From NCBI RefSeq assembly GCF_009914725.1, contig NZ_JAAAWJ010000020.1:1-32240 (forward strand): a stretch of DNA of 32,240 bases, given 5' to 3'. This stretch comes from Methanogenium sp. MK-MG. GTDB lineage: Archaea > Halobacteriota > Methanomicrobia > Methanomicrobiales > Methanomicrobiaceae. Positions 17,821-26,348 of the stretch are shown in pieces. The notes beneath the pieces were generated by a model. That model saw nothing but the letters and a program-made list of their open reading frames with translations, made no database searches and was not told the origin of the DNA. The first letter of the stretch is position 1; each line of letters begins with the position of its first letter. A program made the position numbers and the translations under genes.

Positions 17821-18858
17821 ATGCCAGAGAAAAATTATGAGAACCTGAAAGAAGAGGTCTGGGACACAGGCATCTGTTCAGGGTGTGGTGCCTGCGTTGC
17901 TGTCTGCCCGGCAGACGCCATCATATTCACCCATGATGAAAACGGAGACTCCCCCGTCCAGACAGGTTATTGCAAGGAAGTAACAGACAGTGTGCCATGC
18001 GGGGCGTGTTACGCCGTCTGCCCGCGAACCGCGACGCAAGATAAATTCCGGGTGGAAAAGACCGGTCTGGGCGAATACAGAGATATCTTTGCTGCCCACG
18101 CGGGATTTGCGGTAGAGAAACGACAGAGCGGTGGCGCAGTAACGGCAATTCTGGTAAACGCCCTTGAGGAAGGACTCATTGATGCAGTAGTAACCGTGAC
18201 CGCAGACCCGTGGACACAGAGACCGCAGTCAGTTGTGATCACACAGACGGAGGCATTGGTCGCAACGGCAGGCAGCAGATATGCCTGGTGGGTGCCCACT
18301 CTGGCAGCGCTGAAATCCGCGGTGATTACACAGAAGATGGAACATATCGCCATCGTCGGCGTTCCCTGTGCCGTCTCTGCAGCGCGGATGATGAAGACGT
18401 CAGACCATGACCTGCTCAGACCTTTCGGCAGAGCCATTCGCCTGATCGTCGGGCTCTTCTGTACGGAAACATTCGACTATGAGATGCTCATCAGGGATAA
18501 AATAATGCGTGAGCTGGCAATTGAGCCCTGGCAGATATCAACACTGGATGTGCGGGGTAAACTGATCATCGAATGCACAGACAATACAGTCAGAGAAATA
18601 CCCCTGCCTGACCTTGAAGACTGCGTGCGAAGAGGATGCCAGGCATGCGGGGATTTGACCGCAGTTGATGCTGACATATCTGCAGGTTCAGTCGGAAGCC
18701 CGGACGGCGAAACGACCCTCATCGTCAGGACTCCTGCAGGAGTTGGATTTATTGATCATGCACTACAGACCGAAAGACTGATCATTGAAACAGATGCATG
18801 CAGTCTTGATGGCATCATACATCTGTCACAGAAAAAATCAGAACGAATCCACAAATAA
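17821..18858 (+). CDS. Coenzyme F420 hydrogenase/dehydrogenase beta-subunit family protein (FrhB/FpoF-like) with N-terminal 4Fe-4S ferredoxin motif; probable F420H2 input module for glutamate synthase
   Basis: The ORF-track start (TTG, 17800) overlaps the upstream gene. The ATG at 17821 (MPEKNY...), 9 nt after the upstream stop with GGAGTGA about 8 nt ahead, is the likelier start. Motifs CSGCGACVAVCP and CGACYAVCP, then the FrhB N- and C-domains (IFAAHAGFAVEKRQSGGAVTAIL...VGVPCAVSAARMM...GLFCTETF). Confidence 0.8.
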   Translation: MPEKNYENLKEEVWDTGICSGCGACVAVCPADAIIFTHDENGDSPVQTGYCKEVTDSVPCGACYAVCPRTATQDKFRVEKTGLGEYRDIFAAHAGFAVEKRQSGGAVTAILVNALEEGLIDAVVTVTADPWTQRPQSVVITQTEALVATAGSRYAWWVPTLAALKSAVITQKMEHIAIVGVPCAVSAARMMKTSDHDLLRPFGRAIRLIVGLFCTETFDYEMLIRDKIMRELAIEPWQISTLDVRGKLIIECTDNTVREIPLPDLEDCVRRGCQACGDLTAVDADISAGSVGSPDGETTLIVRTPAGVGFIDHALQTERLIIETDACSLDGIIHLSQKKSERIHK

Positions 18859-18968
18859 TCTGTTTTGTATGAGAATCCAAATTAAGAAATACATATTTTT
18901 CCGGACGATGAAATTATACAGTATCATACTATGGATTACCCCGTATCAACCAGAGGTCTGACGATACT

Positions 18969-19715
18969 ATGGAACAACTAAAATTTGTCAATCATCGCAT
19001 CGATGAATATGCCCTTCAGGTAACATACGATCCGGCAACCGACAGCGGCAAAGTGATCTTTAATCTCACCCTGATTAAAGAGGAAGACCGCAGTTATGCG
19101 GTTGATATCATTCACCAGTCCCATAAAGCGGGCATCTGCGTCAGTGACCGTATGCTCATCGCTGACGCGGGTGAACAGATTGGGGAGAGGACAATACCAA
19201 AGGGATACTGCGGCATTGTAACGATGTGCAGCATCACCCTCGATGCAATACTGCTGAGAAACGGCATTCCGATCAATCCCATTGGCGGAGGTCTGCTGGA
19301 GATCAAAGATCACGTGCCCCGCAGGTTTACCTCTCTGATACGCTACGATGCAACAACCATCGATCCGACGCAGGTGATGATCGACCATGGCTCCACCGGC
19401 ATCAGCGGAGTTATTCAGTTTGGGAAAGGCAGCATCCTTGCAAATATACGGGAATCACATATGGAGGCAGAACCGCTCCTCTTTGAAATTCTGGACCTGT
19501 TTGGAACGGTGGGCTTTACCGGCATTCTGGACGTGGGTAGTCCAAACAGATCCATGTTTGGCGTCCCCGTCACAACGAACTATCAGGGCATTGTGATGAT
19601 CGGTGGAGCAAATCCGGTGGCGGCATTTATCGAATCGGGAAGGTGGGCGGAGACGACCGCGATGAAGGGGCTGATTCCGGTGTCAAGGCTGGTTCACATC
19701 GACGATATTGAGTAG
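18969..19715 (+). CDS. Conserved hypothetical protein (248 aa), encoded immediately downstream of the glutamate synthase genes
   Basis: No motif recognised with certainty. Soluble, Gly-rich core (NPIGGGLLEI, HGSTGISGVIQFGKGS). From genomic context only, an NrpR-type regulatory domain (DUF128) or a GOGAT accessory role are possibilities. Confidence 0.4.
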   Translation: MEQLKFVNHRIDEYALQVTYDPATDSGKVIFNLTLIKEEDRSYAVDIIHQSHKAGICVSDRMLIADAGEQIGERTIPKGYCGIVTMCSITLDAILLRNGIPINPIGGGLLEIKDHVPRRFTSLIRYDATTIDPTQVMIDHGSTGISGVIQFGKGSILANIRESHMEAEPLLFEILDLFGTVGFTGILDVGSPNRSMFGVPVTTNYQGIVMIGGANPVAAFIESGRWAETTAMKGLIPVSRLVHIDDIE

Positions 19716-19719
19716 ATGG

Positions 19720-19725
19720 TTTTTT
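19720..19725 (+). terminator. Oligo-T terminator candidate after the 18969-19715 gene
   Basis: TTTTTT 5 nt after the stop. The downstream gene is convergent. Confidence 0.3.
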
Positions 19726-19872
19726 GCGAGGATTCCATCTCTCCTTGCTCCGGTTTTGGCGCATACTGCGACAAAACAGGGTAAAATCCAGACATCAGAA
19801 AAATGGGATCACTGACAATCTAAAAATTCCCAATTCTGGAAACTATTATTTCATCTAAAAAAATATCCATGA

Positions 19873-21957
19873 TTATTTGATAATATATTCATTCTGCCAC
19901 ATATCAATCATTGATGACCACAACCGTTCAACCCGCTCATAGGTTTCTTCGCCATCCTCAAGCATCTCAACAGCACGGATATTTTTGCTTAACATTGTAT
20001 GGACGCGTTCGGGTGCAGACGCCTTATCAAAAAGGTCATCCAACGCCCGCATCTTATCCAGAAGCAGATCATATTTCCGCTGACTACAGCACTGATCGAT
20101 ATCACGGATATGGGTGAATGCATGCAGGAGAACACGCGTCGTATTGGGATCAAAGGATCGTTTCAGAACATTTTCAGTCAGGCTTTCCGCATTTTCCGGA
20201 TTTGTTGTCAGGGCTGTCTTATAGTTCTGCACATCACAGGCAAAGGTAAACTGTTTCTCTGGAATTTCAATGGATTCAAAACCCTCAGCAACAAATCGCC
20301 CGGCAATTCTTAGATCAGTATTGCAGGCCTTTGAATAGATTTTGATGTAGAGTCTCAGTGAACCATCACGCGGAATGACAACACCGTCATGACGGGAAAA
20401 ACCAAAGTGGAATGACTTCACCCAGGGTTTTTCTATATCGATAGAATCATCCACGCTCACATAGGTGTCCCTGTTTTCAATAACGATCTCAGAAATCCCC
20501 GCAGCCTTACCCATCTCAAGGGAAATCCCCCATTCGTCAACGGGCTTGTCCAGACAGTTTTTGAGGCAAATAACATACCAGTACGAGGAAGGATCATGGG
20601 TCAGGATCCACTGCTGCACATTCGGTAAATTGCGCTTCGAGGAGAGGAGGAAACCGGTCGTTACCGGATCGAAGATTGTGCGTACTATAAGGAGAGATTC
20701 ATCCATATTGGAATGAAGAACCTTTCTTTCATCGGGGGAAGATCTTTCTGATGAAAACCCACGGGATATTTTTTCAGAAATCTCAGCCTTTAATTGTTGA
20801 GCCCTGCTATTGTCTGGATCCAATTCAAGTGTTTTTGCACAGCAGGTTTGAGCCTCTTCGTATCGTTGCAGACTAAAAAGGATCTTTCCTTTATTATACC
20901 ATAGATCCACTTCATCAGGATCAAGCTTGATAGCCTGATAATATGCATCAAGCGCCTCATCAAATTCATCTAGACTAAAAAAGGCATCTCCTTTATGCTT
21001 CCAGAAACGTGAGTCAGTAGGATCAAGATCAATCGCATGGCAATAAGCATCAAGTGCATCATCATATCGCTGCAAAAAACACATGAAGAAATTTCCTTTC
21101 GTATCCCATCGATCAGCATTATTTGGATCAAGAGTGATCATATGATCATAAGCATCAAGTAACTCATCATATCGCTCTAATTCTAACAGAGCAAGTCCCT
21201 TGTGAGCCCATATATCCACGTCATTAGGATCCAATTTAATCGCCAGGTCATATGTTTCGAGCCCCTCATCATATCGACCCAATTCACATAGAGTAGAGCC
21301 CTTGTTAGCCCATGTATTCATTTCATTAGGATCAAGAACGATCGCATGGTTATAGGCATCAAGTGCCTCATCGTATCTACCTAGAGTCTGCAGGGCAAAT
21401 CCTCTGTTAGCCCATAGATTCGCATCATTAGGATCAAAATCAATTGCACATTGATAGGCATCAAGCGCTTTATCAAATTGTTCTAAATCATAATAGACAT
21501 GTCCTCTGCAAATCCATTTCTCCGCATCATCAGGATCAATCTCAATTGCCTGAGTATATGCTTCAAGTGCCTCATCATATCGTTGAAGCTCAGACAGTGC
21601 AATTCCAATATTTTGCCATGCAGTTGCATTATCGGGATCAATCTCTGTGGCCTGATCATATGCTTCGAGGGCCTCTTCATATAGTTCCAGTCCAGTCAGA
21701 GCATTTCCTCTGCAAATCCATTTCTCCGCATCTTCAGGATCGAGCTCAATCGCCTGATCATATGCTTCGAGGGCTTCTTCATATAGTTCCAGTCCAGTCA
21801 GAGCATTTCCTCTGCAAATCCATTTCTCCGCATCTTCAGGATCGAGCTCAATCGCCTGATTAAATGCTTCAAGTGCCTCATCATATCGTTGAAGCTCATA
21901 CAGATCATCACCTTTGCCAATCCACTTTTTTGCTTTTATTGCCCCTAAAAATCCCAT
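19873..21957 (-). CDS. TPR-repeat protein (about 11 N-terminal TPR units) with about 310-aa C-terminal domain of unknown function; last gene of the Vps4-like operon
   Basis: N-terminal half is built of 34-aa units (ELYEEALEAYDQAIELDPEDAEKWICRGNALTGL and variants); two units are 100% identical. The C-terminal 310 aa are non-repetitive with no recognised domain. The ATG overlaps the stop of the upstream AAA ATPase (TAATG). Confidence 0.8.
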   Translation of the reverse strand: MGFLGAIKAKKWIGKGDDLYELQRYDEALEAFNQAIELDPEDAEKWICRGNALTGLELYEEALEAYDQAIELDPEDAEKWICRGNALTGLELYEEALEAYDQATEIDPDNATAWQNIGIALSELQRYDEALEAYTQAIEIDPDDAEKWICRGHVYYDLEQFDKALDAYQCAIDFDPNDANLWANRGFALQTLGRYDEALDAYNHAIVLDPNEMNTWANKGSTLCELGRYDEGLETYDLAIKLDPNDVDIWAHKGLALLELERYDELLDAYDHMITLDPNNADRWDTKGNFFMCFLQRYDDALDAYCHAIDLDPTDSRFWKHKGDAFFSLDEFDEALDAYYQAIKLDPDEVDLWYNKGKILFSLQRYEEAQTCCAKTLELDPDNSRAQQLKAEISEKISRGFSSERSSPDERKVLHSNMDESLLIVRTIFDPVTTGFLLSSKRNLPNVQQWILTHDPSSYWYVICLKNCLDKPVDEWGISLEMGKAAGISEIVIENRDTYVSVDDSIDIEKPWVKSFHFGFSRHDGVVIPRDGSLRLYIKIYSKACNTDLRIAGRFVAEGFESIEIPEKQFTFACDVQNYKTALTTNPENAESLTENVLKRSFDPNTTRVLLHAFTHIRDIDQCCSQRKYDLLLDKMRALDDLFDKASAPERVHTMLSKNIRAVEMLEDGEETYERVERLWSSMIDMWQNEYIIK
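21658..21861. repeat. Two near-perfect tandem copies of a 102-bp unit (one TPR repeat) inside the TPR gene; further diverged copies extend about 21490-21900
   Basis: Unit ATATGCTTCGAGGGC(C/T)TCTTCATATAGTTCCAGTCCAGTCAGAGCATTTCCTCTGCAAATCCATTTCTCCGCATCTTCAGGATCGAGCTCAATCGCCTGATC is repeated head-to-tail with a single mismatch. Confidence 0.8.
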
Positions 21958-23192
21958 TAAAATCCAGCCTCTCCATATTCATTATTCCAATTCATATAAC
22001 GCTCAAGATCCTCTTTTCGCACCGGTGACCGTATCTTCTCAAATGCCTCGTCAAAATCAGTGGCACAGAGATCTCTTGTCAAAAGCACCCGCTCTTTGAG
22101 TTCATCAAACGGAAGGTCTGCAAGCTCATCCATACGGGGATTCTCCTCATGAATCATCGTCCATATCGCCTGCTGGCAGAGATTCTGAACGTCTCTGCCC
22201 GAATACAACTGTTCCACACAACATTCTGCAAGGGCAGCAGCATCAAGCTGAACAGTTCCAAGACCTACCGTATGGAGCCGGATGATAGCCTCACACGACA
22301 CAGCATCCGGAAGCGTCACATAAATCCGCCGGGGGAACCGTGAGAGAACCGCCGGGTCAAGATCCCATGGCGTGTTTGTCGCTGCCATGGTGAGAAGAAG
22401 CCGATCGGCCTTTTTATCCTGCAGGCCATCCATCTCTGTAAGAAGTGAGGAGAGAAGTTTCCGCGTAGCTTCACTCGTGCCCTCTCCTCTGGCAGAACCC
22501 AGAGCATCAAACTCGTCGATAAAAACAATGGACGGAGCCTCACTTCGGGCAGAGTCATAGAGCGAGGCAACCAGTTTTGATGACTCTCCAAAATACTTTG
22601 AGAGGACACGGTCAGCCTTCACATCATAGAACGTGGCATGCAGGCTTCCTGCCGCTGCGGCAGCAATCATCGTCTTTCCCGTTCCGGGCGGGCCAAAAAG
22701 AAGAATTCCTTTCCATGGCCGGATGGCGTCCGGTTTTTTCAGACCAGAAATCACTACGGTCTCTTTTACCAGACGTTTCACTTCATCCAGACCACCAATA
22801 TCATCCCACCGGACGGATGAGGACGATATCAGGGACGATGCATCAAAGGAACCATCCGTTTCATCCGGAGACACACGATTTTCTGGATTTTGCCTAGGTT
22901 TTACGCCGGGTTTCTGTCCGGATGTCTGTCGGGAATTGTGTGCTGATGAACTCCCCCTTTTTTCTGCTGAAACAGGTATTTCTCCCGATGCAATGGCACC
23001 CCACCTCTCTGCATCAGAGAGATATTTTTTCCGCAAAGAAGGCATCTGCTCAGCAAGCTGACGGCTCAGAACAGCACAGGCATGCGCTTTTTCACGAACA
23101 GTTGCATTGTCATTTTTCCCTCTTGCTGTCTGAAACTCCTGTATCGTTTTTTTCAGTTCTGTTGCAAGAAATCCACTGAGATCCACGGTCAT
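21957..23192 (-). CDS. Vps4/katanin/spastin-clade ('meiotic clade') AAA+ ATPase with MIT-like N-terminal helical domain and Vps4-type C-terminal helix
   Basis: Walker A GPPGTGKT and Walker B IVFIDEFDAL. The second region of homology ATNTPWDLDPAVLSRFPRRIYVTLP matches Vps4 [25 protein letters not shown]. The C-terminal DLERYMNWNNEYGEAGF matches the Vps4 C-terminal helix motif (DL.KY..W...FG.EG). An about 75-aa alpha-helical N-terminus is followed by a Ser/Pro/basic linker, as in MIT-linker-AAA proteins. GTGATGAT Shine-Dalgarno. Confidence 0.85.
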   Translation of the reverse strand: MTVDLSGFLATELKKTIQEFQTARGKNDNATVREKAHACAVLSRQLAEQMPSLRKKYLSDAERWGAIASGEIPVSAEKRGSSSAHNSRQTSGQKPGVKPRQNPENRVSPDETDGSFDASSLISSSSVRWDDIGGLDEVKRLVKETVVISGLKKPDAIRPWKGILLFGPPGTGKTMIAAAAAGSLHATFYDVKADRVLSKYFGESSKLVASLYDSARSEAPSIVFIDEFDALGSARGEGTSEATRKLLSSLLTEMDGLQDKKADRLLLTMAATNTPWDLDPAVLSRFPRRIYVTLPDAVSCEAIIRLHTVGLGTVQLDAAALAECCVEQLYSGRDVQNLCQQAIWTMIHEENPRMDELADLPFDELKERVLLTRDLCATDFDEAFEKIRSPVRKEDLERYMNWNNEYGEAGF

Positions 23193-23200
23193 ATCATCAC

Positions 23201-25072
23201 TTATTCCATTGTTTTGACAAGGATCATTTCCTTCGATATTTCTGCCATATTCTCAAATTCCTCTGGAATTCCCTCAATTTCCTGCTTGAGATAATATTCA
23301 AGAATGCCCCTCTGTTTCTGCACATCAGACAGAATTGACCCTGAGACCAAATGTTCCAGATGAACAACCGATTTACAAGCATTTTGGAGCTCATTCCGGT
23401 GTAACTCATCTACATACCCTTTTGCGATAAAATACGCCGTCTGATAATCACTTTTTGACGACTGTGTGGGAACGGGACGTGATGAATCAAATTTTTTCAG
23501 AACATCACCAGCGATACCACCAATGGAGCGTTGTTTCCAATTTTTCTCATTGTGATAAAAGACATGGACTTTGTGCTGATCGTTGTAGCAGGTTTTCAGC
23601 AGATCTTTTGCTCCATTCCGGGTGAATGTCTTAGAAAGACCTGCATCAACCCACCTTCCGATAGCCCAGACTGAAGCCCCCCGTACACGATTTCTTTTGG
23701 AACCAATACCAGTAATGAGAATCCGTTCCAAATCCTTGTTCTCAAGAAAAGATTTGTCAGTAACTGTTGAAAGTTCACCAATGATTGAAATTGCTGCCTT
23801 GCGAATTTCAGGGTTTCTGCTTTGAGCACATAGCTTAAGATCGGTAATCAGCATATCAATTTCGCACAGGCTGTTCGAATATCCACGGCTTGCTACAGAC
23901 CAAAGGGCCCACAGATTTTTTTCCCGAACAGAAGTTTCTCCATCCATGATATGACGGGCAAGTGCCACAATCCCGTTTTCGCGGACAAGTGGTTCGGGGC
24001 TTGCATAGAAGGAGACTTTATCCAGAGCAAAAGCGGCCATTTCACGAACTTCTGCATTAGGATCATCTAACAGTCTGATGCAGGGACTAACCATACCTGT
24101 CTCAGCTACATGTATACCCTGCCCGGACTCTGCAAGAACTGCCAGCGACCATGCTGCCGCACTTCGTACATCCTCCGACGGGTCATGAAGACAATCAACA
24201 AGACGGCATAATATTTCTGATTCAGCCACCTCATGTGAGTAGCTATTGCAGGCAAGGTTTCCAAGAGCCCACAAAATATTCTGTCGCACATCTGGAACCG
24301 GATCCTGCAGTGAGCGTTCAAACAGTGAAAACGGTCTTTGTCTGATAATCTGGCCTGCAAGATTATTTTTCACACAACGATCCAACGAATCTGATGCATC
24401 TGCCCGTTCCTGATTTGTTCCTGTTGAAAGGAGATGCATAAAATGTGCAATATCAACCTGATCTGGAGCGACATAAATCCGGCAATTCAGTTTTTTGTGG
24501 TTTAAAGAATCCTGAATTTCAGTCGAATCCAAATGTGTAAGCGAAAGGGCCTTATCATACCTTTTAAGGGCGTCATTGTACGAGCCACGATCAGAGAAGA
24601 TGTCCCCTTCCAGAATATCAGGGAATACAAAAGACGGACGCATTTGTATCACTTCTTCGGCCAAGCGGAACGCCTGGTCTTTCTTACCAGTTTCGTACAG
24701 GCAGTGTGCTTTTCCGTTGAGAGCCCAGGGATGCCTTTTTATCTTAATTGCCCGGTTATATTCAGTAAGGGCCTTTGGAATTAATTTTTGTTTGAAAAAA
24801 ATGTCACCTTTCCCAATATGGGGAAAAGGGTAGGAAGATTTGTCAAGAAAAATGGCATGATCATAACACTTTATTGCCTCCTCATATCGGCCAAGCCTCC
24901 GGAGTGAACTCCCCTTCCAATTCCATGCTACATACGATTGTGGATCAAATGTTATTGCTTTTTCAAAGAATTTTAATGCATCACGATATTGCCCGGATTT
25001 GTATTGTGAATGGCCCTTGTCCATATTGTTTTGATATTTTGAATGAGTATCCGTCTTCTTAAAAAACATCAC
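23201..25072 (-). CDS. TPR + HEAT (PBS-lyase type) repeat protein
   Basis: N-terminal TPR units (YRDALKFFEKAITFDPQSYVAWNWKGSSLRRLGRYEEAIKCYDHAIFLD...). Central HEAT-like repeats follow with recurring D/NPxxxVRxxAxxALG pattern (PDVRQNILWALGNL, PSEDVRSAAAWSLAVL, PNAEVREMAAFALDKV, TSVREKNLWALWSV, NPEIRKAAISIIGEL, RNRVRGASVWAIGRW). Its stop lies 8 nt before the AAA ATPase start. Confidence 0.75.
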   Translation of the reverse strand: MMFFKKTDTHSKYQNNMDKGHSQYKSGQYRDALKFFEKAITFDPQSYVAWNWKGSSLRRLGRYEEAIKCYDHAIFLDKSSYPFPHIGKGDIFFKQKLIPKALTEYNRAIKIKRHPWALNGKAHCLYETGKKDQAFRLAEEVIQMRPSFVFPDILEGDIFSDRGSYNDALKRYDKALSLTHLDSTEIQDSLNHKKLNCRIYVAPDQVDIAHFMHLLSTGTNQERADASDSLDRCVKNNLAGQIIRQRPFSLFERSLQDPVPDVRQNILWALGNLACNSYSHEVAESEILCRLVDCLHDPSEDVRSAAAWSLAVLAESGQGIHVAETGMVSPCIRLLDDPNAEVREMAAFALDKVSFYASPEPLVRENGIVALARHIMDGETSVREKNLWALWSVASRGYSNSLCEIDMLITDLKLCAQSRNPEIRKAAISIIGELSTVTDKSFLENKDLERILITGIGSKRNRVRGASVWAIGRWVDAGLSKTFTRNGAKDLLKTCYNDQHKVHVFYHNEKNWKQRSIGGIAGDVLKKFDSSRPVPTQSSKSDYQTAYFIAKGYVDELHRNELQNACKSVVHLEHLVSGSILSDVQKQRGILEYYLKQEIEGIPEEFENMAEISKEMILVKTME

Positions 25073-25587
25073 ACACCCCCCAGAAACACCTTAAGTTCCT
25101 CATCAATCCGTCCTGCCACAAACGAAACCACATCACCAAAACCACTTACATAGATTGTTACCTTCGTCTTACCTGAATCTTTTCCCCATACCAGGCCAAT
25201 TTCTGCCTGACCTTTCCGGGTATATGCAGTATAGGATTCCACGCCATCACGGGTGCCCTCGATACTGGCATTTATTTTATTCAGGATGTATCGCAAAAAC
25301 TGCCGGACTGTTTCGCACTCCATCCCTGTTTCATACTGCAGTGTTTGTGAAATCTCCTCTACTTCCGGAGCACATTCTTCTGCAGTGTACATACGCACAC
25401 TCTCGGTGCCCCTGTCCAGTCGTGCATAGAGATCATGCAAAAAATCTTCAATACCATCATCACTGACCCGGATGACAACACCTTTCTCTTTGCGCACGTC
25501 TTTTTTGCTTTTCCAGCGGTCAATGGTGGCATCAATCCGTTTGCGTTCGGCATCAGAGTGATAATCCACAACAAGGAGATATTCCAT
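25069..25587 (-). CDS. Hypothetical protein (172 aa), first gene of the TPR/HEAT-Vps4-like operon
   Basis: ATGA start/stop overlap with the downstream TPR/HEAT gene. A TATA-like element sits about 30 bp upstream, suggesting a leaderless transcript. No recognised domain. A superficial Cas2-like N-terminus (LLVVDY..D..RR) was not supported further. Confidence 0.45.
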   Translation of the reverse strand: MEYLLVVDYHSDAERKRIDATIDRWKSKKDVRKEKGVVIRVSDDGIEDFLHDLYARLDRGTESVRMYTAEECAPEVEEISQTLQYETGMECETVRQFLRYILNKINASIEGTRDGVESYTAYTRKGQAEIGLVWGKDSGKTKVTIYVSGFGDVVSFVAGRIDEELKVFLGGV

Positions 25588-25612
25588 TCCTGTTGAATCT
25601 GTATGAACTCTG

Positions 25613-25700
25613 CCCTATAAAATATTGCCTCCATGACGGAGTATCGCAAAATGCCCCCAAACAATATCCTCCATTTTGGAGGTACCTTTATTATGGATCA
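25613..25700. promoter_or_regulatory. Divergent promoter region with two TGGAGG-N4-TATA elements (one per direction), repeated AATAT-N1-2-CCTCCAT motif and a CCTCCA-TTT-TGGAGG palindrome
   Basis: Minus-strand reading gives ATGGAGGCAATATTTTATAGG about 30 bp before the operon ATG. Plus-strand reading gives CCTCCATTTTGGAGGTACCTTTATTATGG about 35-50 bp before the Snf7-like gene ATG. Coordinates approximate. Confidence 0.4.
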
Positions 25701-25727
25701 GAGATTATAATCGATCAGTGAAGTAAG

Positions 25728-26330
25728 ATGGGAATTATAGACCGATTTCGAAGAAACCCAATTGGAAAATTAAAAATCTCTGAACTGCAGGAAGAAGAAT
25801 TCAAGCTGAAAAGCCGTATCAATCGACTTCGCAAAGAAATTGACCGGATTGAACGCGACAAAAAGGAAAAATTTGGAGAAGGTGTTGGAGCGGATCTCAT
25901 TAAAAAGAAGATGCTGGCACAGGAACTCAAGCAGATGGACATGGCGGCCAAACTCAAAATTCGCAACTTTATATCATTGCACAAGCAGTATATGTTCATC
26001 TCGAATCTTGTAGTGATCAAGAAATATCAGCGTGACCTCCAGAAGACACAGGTTTGGGAAAAGATTCAGGGAATTTCACCTGATGCTTTTGAAAGTTCAC
26101 TTATTCAGGTAAACCTTGCAGGCAAAGGATTCGAAAACGTTGTTGATGACCTGAACCAGATCTTCACGCTGGACATTGCAGATTCAGACAATGATCTTGA
26201 TGAATCCGAAAAGCAGATGTTTGAAATCTGGAGCAGTGTTGAGACAGGATCTCTTGACCTTGAAGAAGCAGGCGGACTCTTCTCCGTAGAAAAGGACCTT
26301 GAGAAGGCCATTGCAGAATCTGATAATTAA
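25728..26330 (+). CDS. ESCRT-III/Snf7-like protein (PspA/ESCRT-III superfamily), paralog 1
   Basis: 200 aa, predicted all-helical. Basic N-terminal half, acidic C-terminal half. MGIIDRFRRNP start. ADLIKKKMLAQELKQMD corresponds to the Snf7-family ALKRKKRYEKQLAQID helix. KKYQRDLQKTQVWEKIQGISPDAFESSL corresponds to AKAMKAAHDNMDIDKVDELMQDI. The acidic tail DIADSDNDLDESE corresponds to EEFDEDELMAELEE. Comparison is from memory of CHMP4/Snf7 and PspA sequences. Confidence 0.55.
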   Translation: MGIIDRFRRNPIGKLKISELQEEEFKLKSRINRLRKEIDRIERDKKEKFGEGVGADLIKKKMLAQELKQMDMAAKLKIRNFISLHKQYMFISNLVVIKKYQRDLQKTQVWEKIQGISPDAFESSLIQVNLAGKGFENVVDDLNQIFTLDIADSDNDLDESEKQMFEIWSSVETGSLDLEEAGGLFSVEKDLEKAIAESDN

Positions 26331-26348
26331 TTACAGGAGTGTCCGACA

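Noticed and set aside
21444-21863. 139-aa plus-strand ORF and short ORFs antisense to the TPR repeat array
   Set aside because: An artefact of the tandem TPR DNA repeats. The translation is itself repetitive (..HFLCKSISPHLQDRAQSPD.. twice) and lies opposite a well-supported gene.
21490-21900. CRISPR-like regular repeats
   Set aside because: The repeats are 102-bp in-frame TPR-coding units inside an ORF, with no spacer-repeat architecture. This is not a CRISPR array.
22633-23061. Plus-strand ORFs antisense to the AAA ATPase gene
   Set aside because: Antisense to a gene with unambiguous Walker A/B, SRH and Vps4 C-terminal motifs.
25069-25587. Possible Cas2-like N-terminus (MEYLLVVDYHSDAERKRID) in the first gene of the Vps4-like operon
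   Set aside because: Similarity is limited to a few residues, the protein is nearly twice Cas2 length, and no CRISPR array or other cas genes are present.
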